From: Azolla caroliniana
Taxonomy: Eukaryota; Plantae; Polypodiophyta
Length of the DNA stretch: 64,000 bases
Assembly: GCA_043228905.1 (NCBI GenBank)
Contig: JBHGNT010000018.1
Location: forward strand, 1,426,001-1,490,000
Direction: 5' to 3'
Shown here: in pieces, positions 25,584 through 39,619 of the stretch
Position numbering within the stretch: the first letter of the stretch is position 1
Layout: the number at the start of each line of letters is the position of its first letter
The notes under the pieces: model-generated
What the model was told of the DNA's origin: nothing
Database searches by the model: none
What the model saw: only the letters and a program-made list of their open reading frames with translations
Program-made: the position numbers and the translations under genes

Positions 25584-28500
25584 CCGGCTCTCCGTAGCCG
25601 GGTACTTCTCATCCGGTTCTCACCGGGTCTGCACCATCCGGCTCTCCGTAGCCGGGTACTCCTCATCCGGTTTCGGCCTCGGCCAAGTTTGTTAATCGGC
25701 ACTGTTCTTCTCTCTTCCCATCCGGAGGAACCTGTCTCCCAACAAGGCCGAGAATCGAAACTACCAAAACTGCCTTGGAAAGACCGAAGAAAGTTGCACA
25801 GAAGCTGATATCGAAAGTTGGACAATACCGAATGCAAAAGGTCTGGACGTTGGATGCCTCACACTTGAGCTTGAGGGGGTGTGTTGAGATATCCCACTCA
25901 ACTAGATTTACTTAGCTACTCAACACGCGTAACTTAGTAGTTACCTAGATAGAATCTAGTTGGTATGTTGACCTTAAAGCCTTAAATAGGATTTTGTACT
26001 TGAGTGGGATACATTGTGACGGGAACTGAACGCTCCTTATACACAACGCTCGGCCACAACCGAGCTTAGAATCATGCACAGAAAACGGGAAAGGTGAAGA
26101 TACAGCACAAAGGAGAGAAAAGTACACAGGATGTTTACGTGGAAAACCCAAACCAAGGGAAAAACCATGGCAGCCCACAGGCTGCAAACTATCACTATGT
26201 TAGAATGTACAATAGTGAGTTCACGGAGGCAACGACCTCGTGCTCACGATCTTCGCCACAAACGGAGGTTACAACAGAGGCAACGACCTCTTCCTCTCTC
26301 TCTCACTCTCTGTACACAGTCACACGCTCTGATCTCGCGCAGACCAGAATAACAACAACTACAAAAAGGTTTCCCCTAAGTCATATTTATACTAATATGA
26401 CTTTTCTGCTATTTACAAATATAGCCTCGATGGACTCTCAGAAACATATTTACGAATATGTCTCTTCATCCGGTTCTCACCGAGTCAGCACCATCCGGCT
26501 CTCCGCAGCCGGGTACTCCTCATCCGGTTCTCACCGGGTCTGCACCATCCGACTCTCCGTAGCTGGGTACTCCTCATCCGGTTCTCACCAGGTCTGCACC
26601 ATCCGACTCTCCGTAGTCGGGCACTCCTCATCCGGTTCTCACCGGGTCAGCACCATCCGGCTCTCCGTAGCCGAGTACTCCTCATCCGGTTCTCACTGGG
26701 TCTGCACCATCCGGCTCTCCGTAGCCGGGTACTCGTCATACAGTTTCGGCCTCGGCCGAGTATGTTCATCAGCACTGTTCTTCTCCCTTCCCATCCGGAG
26801 GGACCTGTCTCCCAACACATTGTAGATCCTCTACTCCTATGATCATTTATATAGGACTTACACCTTTGTACCTATATTCTACTAACACATATGCACCTTT
26901 GCACATGAGATGTATATATACCTCATTGTGCCCGTATTTTTGTATTTGATGATGCTTTTAGTATAGTTAATCATCCCCGATCTTGTCTTATTGTTCATAA
27001 GTGTCAACTTCCTCTCTCTCTTCCTCTCACACACATACCCACACATATCACTTAATCTTCCGCTTAGCTTAATCACATAATTAGGTACTAATTAACCTGT
27101 AGTTAATTACCTAATTCTTAATAGTGCACATAACCAACATGTCGCCAAGTAGGCCTTTAGGACTTCAAATCCCGTAGGAGCTTTGGACTGGTCAAAGGCC
27201 AAATTACGAGAAGTTGTGGTCTTTTTTACTTCGTTGTAGCTAGCCAAGAGCATATAGTCTATCGACTCAGGAAGGGTCTTTTTGGCCTGAAGCAAGCACC
27301 ACGACAATTGTATAAGAAGTTCGACGACTTCATCCAATATGTACACTTCTCCAAGAGCAATAATGACCATTACCTCTTCACCAAAACAACTGAAGATTTG
27401 TCTCCCATCTTCCTTCACATCTTATACGTGGATGACATGCTACTCTTCGGCCGAAATGCCGGAGAGCTTGCCGATCTTGTTTGGCAACTTTAGTTAAAGT
27501 TCACAATGATGGACCTAGGTCCTACTCGACACATACTCGGAACGAAGATTAGTCGGCTTCGGACTCTGCAACAATTGTTTTTGTCTCAAGCCGACTACAT
27601 CATATGTGTCATGCAGTGCTTCAACATACAATCAACCAAATATGCTTCGACCCCGCTCCCCATTAATCTTCGGTTGTCTCAGTGAGATTGGACGACATCT
27701 GGGCCAAAGGGAAAAGATATGAAGTTGGTAGTGTATGCACCGGAAGTCAGCTCCCTGATGTACGCGATGGTCACAACACGGCTTGACATTGCTCATGCCG
27801 TAGGAGTTGTCAACAGATTAATGCACAACCCAGGCCGATCGCATTGGAATGCAATCAAGCATGGTTTTAAATGCTTGGTGCGCACGCAAAACATTAGCAT
27901 CCTCTTCGTTCCGGACAAGAAATCAAGTGTAGTTGGTTACACCGACTCATAGTTTGCCAAGAATGTGGACAACCAAAAATCAACAACCGAATACTGCTTC
28001 AAATTCAAAGACGAAGGCCAAATACGCTGTTGCATCCGATGCAACGAAAGAGGCTCTATGGCTCGGTCGACTGGCATGTACGTTTCGACAAGCCAATCCC
28101 AATTCGGCTCCAGTTGTCAACAATGACAGTCAGGGTGTTGTTGCTTTGTCAAAGAATCCCCTTCAGCACCACACTTCCAAACATATTGACGTTCGGTACC
28201 ACTTCGTTCGGGACTACGTAACTTCAGGAAAGCTCGGTCTCTAGAAGATCGCCACGGTCAACAACATATCAAACGGGATGACCAAGTGTCTCCCAACTAA
28301 CAGGTTCTGGTCAATTCGGCACTAATGGGCTTAAGGAGAAATCATTTGGATTGAGTCGAACAATAGAGATAGCTTCATACAATCGGCTGTCACAGCCGAA
28401 CTAGCCACTGCACTCGAACCTATCGATTCGGCCTCTGTTTCTTTCAGTCGTCACCAATTCGGCTATAAGCCAATTTATCCTAGCATCTCTCTCTATAACT

Positions 28501-31106
28501 TGTATCTCCTATTTTATATTATAGGCCCCTCCTTAGTGTATATGCCCATTATGAGGGAGTGTCGAATACGGGTGTATAATGGTTGTATTCACACAGTCCT
28601 CTAAACATACTAGGTTTACGACAATTCTGTAAATATGTCAAAGGGTAGTTGCCCTAGCCTAGTTAGTATATAATTGGCTTTGTAACCTAGTTCATGTGGT
28701 GTGGTTGATAGTGTCATTCTTGTATTGTAACTTTTGGAATAAGACTATTACATTGTGTGCCTCGAGCTATCTCTTTCTCTCACTTTGTCTCCTTGATTTT
28801 GTCTAACTTGTTAAGTTGGTGATCTTCTCAACATAGATGTTCTTCTTGTTTTCGCATTGACGGTCTCAGATTCCAATAGCTATTTCGAAAATACCATAGC
28901 ACAATTGACCACCTTGTCACCCTTCGAGTATTAATGGAGGAAAATCCCCTTAGAGGTAAAGGTTTATATTGTTGCTTCGTAGACTTCAAGACAACTTTTG
29001 ATATGGTACCCCATGAGCATGTTTGGGGGTTCTATTTTGTTGACATAGATATCCAAATGGGCAACATTTGTTTCAAAAGATCAATTGAAAACAGATCTTG
29101 AAATGATGCGAACTTGCATTCAAACACTAAGCCCTTACATAATTGTCTTGAGAGGGGTGACGGAGAGGATCTCTGAAAGAGTTTGCTTTATAATACCTTT
29201 GTGTTACGAGAAAGAACAAATTTCTCATAAGCCCTGACTACATGAGTTTGCCAAATTCACAAGAATTTTGAAGAAAACATCAATTTCCATTCAATATAAG
29301 TCTCCACTTTAGCAATTTCTCTCAACAACCCTAACAAAATTGATACATTGACTCAATGGTAAAGCTTCAAGATCTCTCCATATTGATGCATTCAAGTCTA
29401 GTATTGTTATGACATGGCATGATCTGACTTACATAAAGTTTTTGTGGATTACTCAATGAAATTATAAACTGGAAATTAGATCTATCTTATTTGTAGTCAC
29501 CACAATATGGAAACCAATTTTACAATGGATGCCGATAAAGAGGTCACATATAAAGTATCCTTTTTCTAATTTAAAGTGCCATTTCCTTTGTCATAATCGT
29601 AGTACATGTTTTCTAAAGAACTACTCTATCATAAGCTCATTTTTACACTTCCTAACTTCTAAGATATTTTCTTTGCCTTTATCTAAGCTTTATTCTTGAC
29701 TATGATCACATAGAGGAAGCTGTTGTTGGTGCGATAATGAGGGGGACCAACATCCACGCCTCATATGTCATGTCAATGGGTGATGGTTGGTCAACAATTC
29801 ACTACCTTTCAAGACCAAACAATAGGAAAAAGCTAGCTAACATTGTCAATTTGTTTTTCTCTTTAGCCAACCTAGCTTCTCATGTACTACCTCAAACTTT
29901 TCTTGACTCAATTATTGAGCAAGTGTATTACTTTCAAAACATGTGTCTCCGTATTGACATATTCAAAACATCTTTTTTTTCATTTAAAAGTGTATTACTT
30001 TTGACATTGGTACTAAGGCTAATCATGATGTTTAAGAATCTTGTGAACATCATATGTTGAGGCTAAGAATTCATCATATGTTTCCTTAAGATGTTTTCAT
30101 TTACCATTTCTTTTCTCCATAATTATTGTCATCATCACTATCAGTGTCTTCTTCTTCATTCATAATCAAACATTTATCATTCGTTCAATCATTCATCAAC
30201 CTACATATCATAGCATTAAGTTTACAATTTTTGCATCATTCCATGATCAAGTGTACAAACGCCAATAAGAGACATTAACAAGATGGCAAGACACCTCAGC
30301 CTTGAATGAAACAATTTTGTTTAGTACAACAAAGAGTCAAGGAGGTTTTCAAGCTGAACCCAGCACCTTTCTTAATGTCTTGATGGGAATCAAAGGAAAT
30401 CTATGAACCAGATATGGATAGTGAATAGTGATAGTGGACCCATCGACAAATTCTGATCATATTAATTACATTACCCTAAATTCATGAAGAGATAAGCTAT
30501 TATAAAGTAACCCTAAATGTTGGCCTATATGAACAGCCCCATTACTAAAATGCTCAAACAAAAGAGAAGTACCATATTATATTCAAACTTTTATTTCATC
30601 AATTGTACATGGTCATGAGGTAGAATCGGAAACAAGTGGGCTGATCGTGAGTCAGTAGTGACTTAGAAAATGTTGTCATGAAGTAGAATGTGACCAATCC
30701 CAAATAAAAACAATTACAAACTAGTGGAGAAACAAGAGGAGTTGCTATTCCAAGCAGGTGCATTTGAGGTAGATTCTAAGGTGTGCTGGGGACCATGATT
30801 CAATATTTGTCGATCCGGACGTGATACCGGCAACGGTAGGAGATGGCCATCAATGAGAATGTGCCGGACATCTCTCATGCTTGGCCGGCACTCCGCCTCC
30901 GGGTGACAACAGTTGAGTGCCACATGAATGACCCCTCTCCACATCGTCATCACCTTCTCAAACTCATCATGTATGCCATGGCCATCAAATTGCAACATGC
31001 CAGGGTCAACTGAATCCATGAGATTGTCATTCATATAAAGGGACCACACCCAATCTAGCAAGTTCATCTTTTCCGGGCTGAGGCTGAAATCGAGTACACG
31101 CCTACC
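25578..31106 (+). repeat. Direct duplication of 3426-8954 (offset 22,152 bp)
   Basis: Identical ORF track; includes the partial solo LTR, second solo LTR (26017-26817), copia RT/RH remnant, LINE fragment and LecRK 3' end. Confidence 0.92.
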
Positions 31107-32990
31107 ACATGCAATCTCAAGGGCAAGGATGCCGAAACTGTACACGTCGGCTTTTTCCGTTGCTCGGCCCGTGTACACCAACTCGGGCGCCATGTATCCC
31201 ATGGTGCCCGCAGCTGTCGTGGTCGCCCATATCTTCTCATGTGACACTAGTTTCGCGAGACCAAAGTCCCCGAGCATTGGTTCCCAATCTTTACTCAACA
31301 AAACATTGGCTGCCTTCACATCTCTATGGATCACACACCCCTCTAGACCTTCGTGTAGGTATTCCAATGCGGTCGCCACGCCCACCAGTATCTTCCATCT
31401 CCGCTCGCTCGTTAACACTACGGCCTCTCCCTCGATCTTATCCTTTGCATAAAGTAGCTTCTCGAGGCTACCATTGTCGGCATACTCGTACACCAACAAT
31501 GCCTTTCCTTTCTCGTAGCACCAGCCTCTCAACCGCAACAAATTGCGATGCCGAATGCTGCTTATGATCCTTACCTCCAATGCGAAAGATGCTTCCCCGC
31601 CTTCTTTCACATTCTCTTTGAGCTTCTTGATGGCCACTAGCTGCCGGGATGTCGGATGTTCATCGGGCAATATACCCTTGTAGACCTGGCTGTACCCACC
31701 TTCTCCAAGCAGCATTTTGTCACTGAAGTTGTGGGTGGCTCTCTTCAACACATTGTAGATAAATTGCTGGATGTCCGCACTCACCGCCTCATGTGCAGCA
31801 TATAGTTCAGATTTCTTTGGCCTGAATATGTGGTGTAATACTCCACCACCATTCTTGTAGACAATGATGGTAAATCCCATAATAACCATAAGCAAAAGAA
31901 GTGAAAAAGAGATGCCCAATATTAAGCCAAAATTCCTCTTATTGGAGACAGGTGGATGTGGATAATTGTTACCATTGTACGACAGTGACTCGGTAGAAGA
32001 ATTGTAGGTCTCATAAGATGGTGACTGGCTCGGAGAAATGTCGATAAACTCAGCGTCATCGAAGGTCGAGAAGTACCACGAGTAGATGGCATAACCGGAG
32101 GGCTTCGTATCATTTTCATATTGGTGAAGAGATCCACTTGTTGCTGTGATGCCCACCCACATTGATGTGTGATTAAACACACTAGGATCGATGGAAGCTT
32201 GCAATATGAGGGATTCAGCTGTGCGTTCGAGAGAATTAGCATAGTCAGTCCTGTCCCCATAGTTCTTTAACCAAACCTGGACCATGTTTGTGGAGGCATT
32301 GAATGTGATCCAGGTTTGAAACCTGAAATTTCGATGCAAAGAGAGTGGATTGTTGTCGCCAGAGGTATCGATTGTCTGGATAGATCGCAAGCTATTGATG
32401 TCGATTCCGATATGGCTAGAGCTTGGGTCGTCAAATGGGCGTGATTGCGCGATATCGAACTCGACTGCGAAGAAATTGTGGCCAGGAGAGGTAGAATCGA
32501 TGAAGGTGCCATTGGAGAGGCCAAGGTAGCCGGCAGCACTGCTATATGGAAATGCCTTGTCTTGTGCAATGAAGAAGGCCATGCCTTCTCCACTCAGATT
32601 GCTTTGGGTGATTATCTGGAAGGAGAAGGATGTGTCAAAAGAGACAATGGCACCTGTATGGTCGAGAAATCGTATGGGATTCTTGGAAACTACTCGAGTG
32701 GCGCTTCGATTGAGATTAGGGCTTGTATTAGGGTCTGGGATGAGCCACACGGTCCTCGAATTATCCAGGCTTGCCTTTGTTCCATAATATCCCTCGCCGC
32801 TGGGCGCAATGGAGATGTCGAAATTAGAGAAGAAGTTGTTCGAACTTGGACCGAAGGAGATGTTGTGAGATATGGCCATGGCCATGGCCACACCATGTGT
32901 CGACGACGATGATCCGAGAAAGCAAATGCCGAAGAGTATCCATTGGATTTCCGACATGAACCAGACCAAATTTCCAAGATTGAATTCCAT
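30714..32990 (-). CDS. L-type lectin receptor-like kinase, copy 3 (758 aa)
   Basis: Intact ORF from ATG; lectin domain diverged from copies 1/2; C-terminus identical to copy 1. Confidence 0.95.
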   Translation of the reverse strand: MEFNLGNLVWFMSEIQWILFGICFLGSSSSTHGVAMAMAISHNISFGPSSNNFFSNFDISIAPSGEGYYGTKASLDNSRTVWLIPDPNTSPNLNRSATRVVSKNPIRFLDHTGAIVSFDTSFSFQIITQSNLSGEGMAFFIAQDKAFPYSSAAGYLGLSNGTFIDSTSPGHNFFAVEFDIAQSRPFDDPSSSHIGIDINSLRSIQTIDTSGDNNPLSLHRNFRFQTWITFNASTNMVQVWLKNYGDRTDYANSLERTAESLILQASIDPSVFNHTSMWVGITATSGSLHQYENDTKPSGYAIYSWYFSTFDDAEFIDISPSQSPSYETYNSSTESLSYNGNNYPHPPVSNKRNFGLILGISFSLLLLMVIMGFTIIVYKNGGGVLHHIFRPKKSELYAAHEAVSADIQQFIYNVLKRATHNFSDKMLLGEGGYSQVYKGILPDEHPTSRQLVAIKKLKENVKEGGEASFALEVRIISSIRHRNLLRLRGWCYEKGKALLVYEYADNGSLEKLLYAKDKIEGEAVVLTSERRWKILVGVATALEYLHEGLEGCVIHRDVKAANVLLSKDWEPMLGDFGLAKLVSHEKIWATTTAAGTMGYMAPELVYTGRATEKADVYSFGILALEIACGRRVLDFSLSPEKMNLLDWVWSLYMNDNLMDSVDPGMLQFDGHGIHDEFEKVMTMWRGVIHVALNCCHPEAECRPSMRDVRHILIDGHLLPLPVSRPDRQILNHGPQHTLESTSNAPAWNSNSSCFSTSL

Positions 32991-35179
32991 TGTATGTGGC
33001 TGCGCTGATCTAGAGGATCTATACTCTTTAGGATGTTGAGAAGAGTGATCTACAAGTGTTTTTCAATTTGTTATGTATATCATTAGGTTGCACAAGAAGA
33101 TGGCATTGTGGCGTACCCTATCCAGGTATTTCATACATAATACACACAAAAGAACCCAATTAATTCTCGAGTCTTGAGTCTTGGCCATTAACCTGATATG
33201 GGTGTGGTCTGGTCACACTGTATAGCTCGCTTTGATTGAACTTTAAAGTTTCCTGACACATACAACCTCATGTCAACATGTTTTACATTGACACATGTTT
33301 TACTTGGTCTAGGTTTTTGCATTGACACAACATGTTTTACATGTCATATTTACTTGTCAAGCCCCTTTTTGCATTACATATGTCTCCTTCTTACTTTCGT
33401 TACGATTTCGTAGGAATCGTAGTCCTTTTATTTCACATGTAGCCCTTTCTTTGTCATTGTTCTACTTTGCCCCTATGTTGATTTTAATTTGCACTACTTT
33501 GGAAGCTTCTCTACTTTTTCAAAACCGTCTTCGACCAAAACTGCCATTTTTGCGAAATAGGCAAAAACGTTAAACTTTGGCAAATGTTCCTTTGCATCAA
33601 AGTTGCTGATAGGAATGCAACTGGTACTAATACAATTCTAAATCAAAGTAGCTTACATTAAGTATCAACGAGACATATGTTCTAAAAACTTCTTTGACTA
33701 GACAATACCAACTAATACTTCAATACACTAAGAAAGAGACTATTAGTAAACCTTAAGGTAAGATCTTAATATTCACATTTATACAAAGGACAAAAGTGTA
33801 GACATATGAACATATTGAATTACCACTAGGCAAGATAAACACCCCACTTGAGAAAATAATTTCCACTTGTTCCAATAAAGAAAATTACCACATTAGTAAT
33901 CCTTTCAACTTTAATAGATATGATTTGACCCCATGCCTATCATCAAATACAAAATCAATGTGCATATTCCAGTTATGACACAATCCCCAATACCTCTGAA
34001 ATAAGTCGCTAAGTTGAGCCTACCTTACTACGCCGAGCTTAAGTCATAATTTCCTCGATCAAGAATGTAAGCTCCCTTCTTGTATGTGTGGTTAGCATGA
34101 AAATATAAGTTACATTTTATTATTAAATTACATTTTGATTTCTCATTTCTTTGCTTTGTTAAGATTTCATTAAGGTTTTAAAGTGTGAAATAAGTCATAT
34201 TTAGCTAATCTTATTCCATATGTATAGTAAGCTAAGAGACACAAATATGATGAGGAAGTTCATTTAGGTAGGTTGGGTTTCTTGTCTAATATGCTTAGGG
34301 ATGACTAGTACCCACTCTATTACATATGGTTGAGAGTAACTCATACTAACTATTCACAATGCATATCCATTCGATCATTCGATCATTTGCAAAGATAACC
34401 ATTAGTTAATTGTGCAAAGATTAATCATAAACATCAGTTCATTTGTGCATGTTGTTAAAGACTAAGAGATTAAGAGTCCGAGAGAAGAAAGGGAACCCAC
34501 TAATTGTAATTACATACAACTTAATCAAGTGAAATTATGTTATGATTTTTTTTTCCAAAAAAATATCCTCCATTGGTATTAAAGAAGTCAATATACAAGA
34601 CATACCACTATTACAATGAATATTGCAACATATTTAAGTAGAAAACTCTTGAACAGTCATGTAGCTTCAGCAGTCCAACCACTTTTAACATCCATATCAA
34701 TCAAGGAATTACCACCAATGACCTTTATTAATGGAGTCTATGCCACATATATTACTAAGCATTCCATCTCTCATTTTGATTAGCCAGCTTCTCTACAACA
34801 CCCCTCAGCCCTAGTTCCAATGTTCACCAAAATACCACTGTTAGAAATCCTTGCAATCTTATCGAAACTTTGTCGATGAATTCCAATGGTTGGTGTCGAT
34901 GAATTTTGAGGCATGTCCCCTCTTGAAGTACATTCACAGTTTTTGAATAACCATTGTTGCCACAAAAATCAGAAGATCAATGAAGAGTCTGTTTGCTAGG
35001 ATCTTCAGCAAAGCCCCATTTCATCATCCACATCAAGATTTTATTTCATACTCATAGTTTGAGATGAATCATGTGAATTTTGCATAATAACCAAATTGTC
35101 GATGACTTTTGCATTACTTCAAAGCAATTGAACAATTTATAGCCTTTTTTTTTTGTTAGCATATCCTACATTTACAACA

Positions 35180-35425
35180 TTCCATGAAGTCGTATCTTGG
35201 TAAGTAGACACTCCCTCGAGCTCTTTTCAAGTCCACTTAATAACAACCTTTCATAAGGAACATAAAATTATGTGGTGAGCCATGTATTTACTCATCATTC
35301 CTTCCATGAAGTCGTATCTTGGTAAGTAGACACTCCCTCGAGCTCTTTTCAAGTCCACTTAATAACAACCTTTCATAAGGAACATAAAATTATGTGGTGA
35401 CCCATGTATTTACTCATCATTCCTT
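35180..35425. repeat. 122-bp tandem duplication
   Basis: TTCCATGAAGTCGTATCTTGG... starts at 35180 and 35302. Confidence 0.92.
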
Positions 35426-35669
35426 CAATTTTTGATGCAGTTTGCTACATCATATGACATTCCACATCTCCCATAACCCATGCTCAAAGGATTCAATAAC
35501 TACTCATTTCTTTAACATGTGTGTACAACAAGATATTATTTCCTTGAAGAGAGAAAGCATAATCTTGTACTACATATTGAAATAGATTGTTCACAGTTTC
35601 AATAAATGCGGTGCAGCCATGCCGACAATTCCCACCAAACTCAGCTACCTTTAACAACAAAATAATAAA

Positions 35670-36630
35670 GTGTTGTCATCTCCTCAAGAAAATGTGCTTA
35701 AACCCCCACACCATCTTCACTCATCCTTATCTCAAAACAAAAATCGGCTTCATTCAATCCGCATCAACCATCTCATCGATTACCACCAAAGTCCTATAAA
35801 GAAAAAAAACCAACAACAAAATGAGTGTAGACTATGTCCTCATCTTCTCATGATATGCTTCGGCCCCCACACCATCATCACTCATCCTCTTCTCATGGAA
35901 ATATGCTTCAATCCTTGCCACCATCATCAGTCACTCTAATGAGAAATATAAAACCTGCTTCGTTCAGTCCACATCAACCATCTCGCCTGACCATCTCGCC
36001 ATCGTGATGATTACCAACAACATCTTGTACTGACAACACAAGAAATGAGTTAAAAGAATTCCTCACCTACTCATGATAATATGCTTTAATTCTCACACAA
36101 TCATCACTCATCCTAATGAAAAACTGAAAATCAGTTGCCTCAAACAACGGCTCCTCAAGAAAATATGCTTCTCACTCATCCTAATCACAAAACAAAAAAT
36201 TTCTTCATTCAGTTTGCATCAAACATCTCACCGATTACCACCGAGGACCAGTAAAAAACAACAACCAAATGAGTCTAAACGATTTCCACATCTCCTCATG
36301 ATATGCTTCGGTTGACGCACCATCATCAGTCATCCTCTCCTCATGGAAATATGCTTCAATACCCACCGCCATCATCAATCATCATAATGAAAAAAAAACC
36401 CGCTTCATTCGATCCACGTCAACCATCTCGCCGGCCATCTCACCATGTCACTGATTACCAGTGAAATCCTATATGGATAGCACAACAAACGAGTTTAAAG
36501 ACAGTTTCTCATGTACTCATGAAAATCTGCTTCAGCTCCCACACCATCATCACTCATCCTGATCAAAAAACAGAAAAATCAGTTTCCTTAAGGCCACATC
36601 AACCATCTCGCTATCATCGAGTATCACCAA
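35670..36630. repeat. Degenerate ~230-bp-scale tandem repeat array
   Basis: Recurrent CTCATGATATGCTTC, CACCATCATCACTCATCCT and CATCAACCATCTC modules. Confidence 0.75.
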
Positions 36631-36718
36631 TAGCTTAAACTTATAGAAGCAGACATGAATGCACTCTCTCCTCTCCTTATGAAAATAAATTATGTTATGA
36701 TTGATAGTGTGTTGAATG

Positions 36719-37872
36719 TGTTATGATTATGAACAAAGATAAACACTAAAATTCAGATATGAGGCACAAACATAAAACAAAGAGACACAATTTACATGGA
36801 AACCCTATTTTCAAGGAAAACCACGGGGCTCAAGGCTAACAAAAAATTCCACTATGAATCAAGAGTACACGGACATATTACAAAGCTCCCTCTCAAAATA
36901 GAATGATGTCAAAACTAGAGAAGAGACAAGACTCACAATTATAGCACAATAGTGCTTCAAAACGAAAGTACCTTATTCAGGAGCATAGGAACCACAAATC
37001 ATTTTCTAAAACCACTTCTAGGGTTTGGGATAGGTTCCACAAAACAAAGTCTGCACCCTCATTTTTGCTCTCCCTCACTTTCTATTGCACACTCTTTCTT
37101 TGTTTAACTCTCTTCACTATGTCATCCTCACACACAATGTCTTTGCATAGAATTCTTCCTTCTCTTTGTCTTCTTCCCTCAGCTCATACAGTAACATAAT
37201 CATACTTTACCCTAACTTCTATATATATATATATAGCCGACCGACTGGTTCAACCGTTTGATCCATAGATTGACCTTTTGGTCAATCTGACCGGTCGACC
37301 GTATTTTTGACCTCTTTTGTCGATCTGACCGTTTGACCCTATTTTCAACTTGTCTGGTCGATTTGACCAATCCTCAAATTAGCCGACTGGTCGATCTGAC
37401 CATTTGGTCCTCATTCTAGCCGATCTCTCCGTTGGGAGAGAGCTAATACATAACAAAATCCATCTTTGCTCCTGTAAGGGAGAGTTAACCAAACTTGTGT
37501 TTAGTCGGCAACACTGAGTTTTTCCATAGCTAAAATCTTTGTAAGAATATCTGATCCATTTTCGTCTGTATGTATCTTCACTAGAGTAAACTCATTTTCA
37601 TCCACTTTCTCTCATAACCAATGATACCTGCTCTATATGTACTTGGTATGAGAGTGGTAGGCAACATTCTTAGCTAGACGTATGACACTTTGGTTATCAC
37701 AGTGAAGTGGGAATATTTCTTGCTTCATTCCTAGTTCACTAAGAAAATTCTTCACCCAAATCAATTCTTTCTCGGCCTCCACCACAACCATATACTCAAC
37801 CTCTATGGTCGACAGGGCCACAACCTTTTGCAATCTTGATTGCCATGATACTTCTCCCTTTGCATAAGTTAT
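36719..37872 (-). mobile_element. Copia 3' end: LTR (36719-37455) plus RNaseH fragment
   Basis: TGTTATG...CATAACA inverted termini; GGAAACCC...AAAACCACGG motif; SWQSRLQKVVALSTIEVEY, HCDNQS. Confidence 0.88.
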
Positions 37873-38384
37873 CACTAAAATGTTTATATATGAATTATTC
37901 TAATGCCCCCCTTAATGTAAAACATTTTAGTTCTTGGCCTTTTGTAAGTTTGCTTTTGATGTGACACTGACTTAGTTAAAAAATCCGCCCACATTGTTGT
38001 TGTTGAGGTGTAATATAGCAACAAATTTTTTTATTCCACCAATTCTCTGATAAAGTGATGTCTTTCTTGGATATGCTTGTTTTGATCGGTGATTTTAGGA
38101 TTTGTTGATAACTTAATACATGATTGATTTTCACAAAATATCTTCATTTCCATAAGCTTAAAGATGTCAAGTTCTTCGATTATGGTTTTGATCCACAAAC
38201 CTTCTTTAGCCGTTAGAGCGGCTGCCACATACTTCGCTTTACTGCTTGAGAGTGCTACAGATACTTGTCGTTTGCTTTACCAAGCGATTACGGCACCACC
38301 AAATATAAAAACCATGCCTGATGTTGAGCAGGGGGAGGGGGGACCTTGATACCTCCCGCTCAACATCAGGCATGGTTTTTATAT

Positions 38385-39424
38385 TTGGTAAGGACCCATT
38401 TGCATGAAATAAAATTTTGATCTTTGGGGCGTGAAGCAATCGATAAATCATCCACATAAACACCAATGATTACATAGATAGTGCCATCCTTGTGAATATA
38501 GATATTTGGTTCAACTTGAAGAGGATTGTTGCCAATGGAAACAAGATACTTGTATGTAATTTGAAATGCCACATCCGTGGAGATTGTTTTAGACCATATA
38601 ATGTTTTGGAGAGTTTACAATTATAGTTTGGAAATTGAGGATCTAAAAAGTGACTTGGTTGCTCCATATAAATCTCCTCCTCGAGATATCCATGTAGAAA
38701 AGTGGTCTCAATGTCGAGATGATGGAGGTCGAGGTTAAGGCTAGCAAAAATTGAAAACATTAACCGAAGAGGCACCATCTTTAAGGTAAGTGCAAAAGTA
38801 TCTTTAATATCTATACCGGGGATTTGTGAGAATCCTCTAGCAACAACATGTGACTTAAATCAAACCACAATGCCATGGGCCTCTGTTTTCTTGGTAAGGA
38901 CCCATTTGCATGAAATAAAATTTTGATCTTTGGGGCGTGAAGCAATTGATAAATCATCCACATAAACACCAATAATTACATAGATAGTGCCATCCTTGCG
39001 AATATAGATATTTGGTTCAACTTGAAGAGGATTGTTGCCAATGGAAACAAGATACTTGTATGTAATTTGAAATGCCACATCCGTGGAGATTGTTTTAGAC
39101 CATATAATGATTTGTAGAGTTTACAATTATAGTTTGGAAATTGAGGATCTAAAAAGTGACTTGGTTGCTCCATATAAATCTCCTCCTCGAGATATCCATG
39201 TAGAAAAGCGGTCTCAATGTCGAGATGATGGAGGTCGAGGTTAAGGCTAACAGAAATCGAGAACATTAACCGAAGAGGCACCATCTTTAAGGTAGGTGCA
39301 AAAGTATCTTTAAAATCTATACCGGGGATTTGTAAGAATCCTCTAGCAACAACATGTGACTTAAATCGAACCACAATGCCATGGGCACCCGTTTTCTTTG
39401 TAAGGACCCATTTGCATGAAATAA
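38385..39424. repeat. 506-bp tandem duplication of a copia RT segment
   Basis: (T)T(G/T)GTAAGGACCCATTTGCATGAAATAA at 38385, 38891 and 39397; duplicated ORFs 506 bp apart. Confidence 0.9.
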
Positions 39425-39619
39425 CATTATGACTTAAAACATCCCTTTTGGCTTGCATTGCGGACTCCTATTGCGTAGCATCAGGAGCATGAAGGGCCTT
39501 CTCTGGTATTAAGTCAAAAACTTGATCATGATCATCCATAAAATCATCATCCATCGGGACATTTGAAACAGGTAATATGTCGCATTTTGAGAATTGTGCA
39601 TCAAAAAAATGTCACAAAT

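Larger units (their letters stand above)
34548..36686 (-). mobile_element. L1-like non-autonomous retroposon with 16-bp TSD
   Basis: AAATTATGTTATGATT at 34532-34547 and 36687-36702; T-run (minus-strand polyA) at the left end; relic VIESFEHGLWE (zf-RVT-like) at ~35465-35500. Confidence 0.65.
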
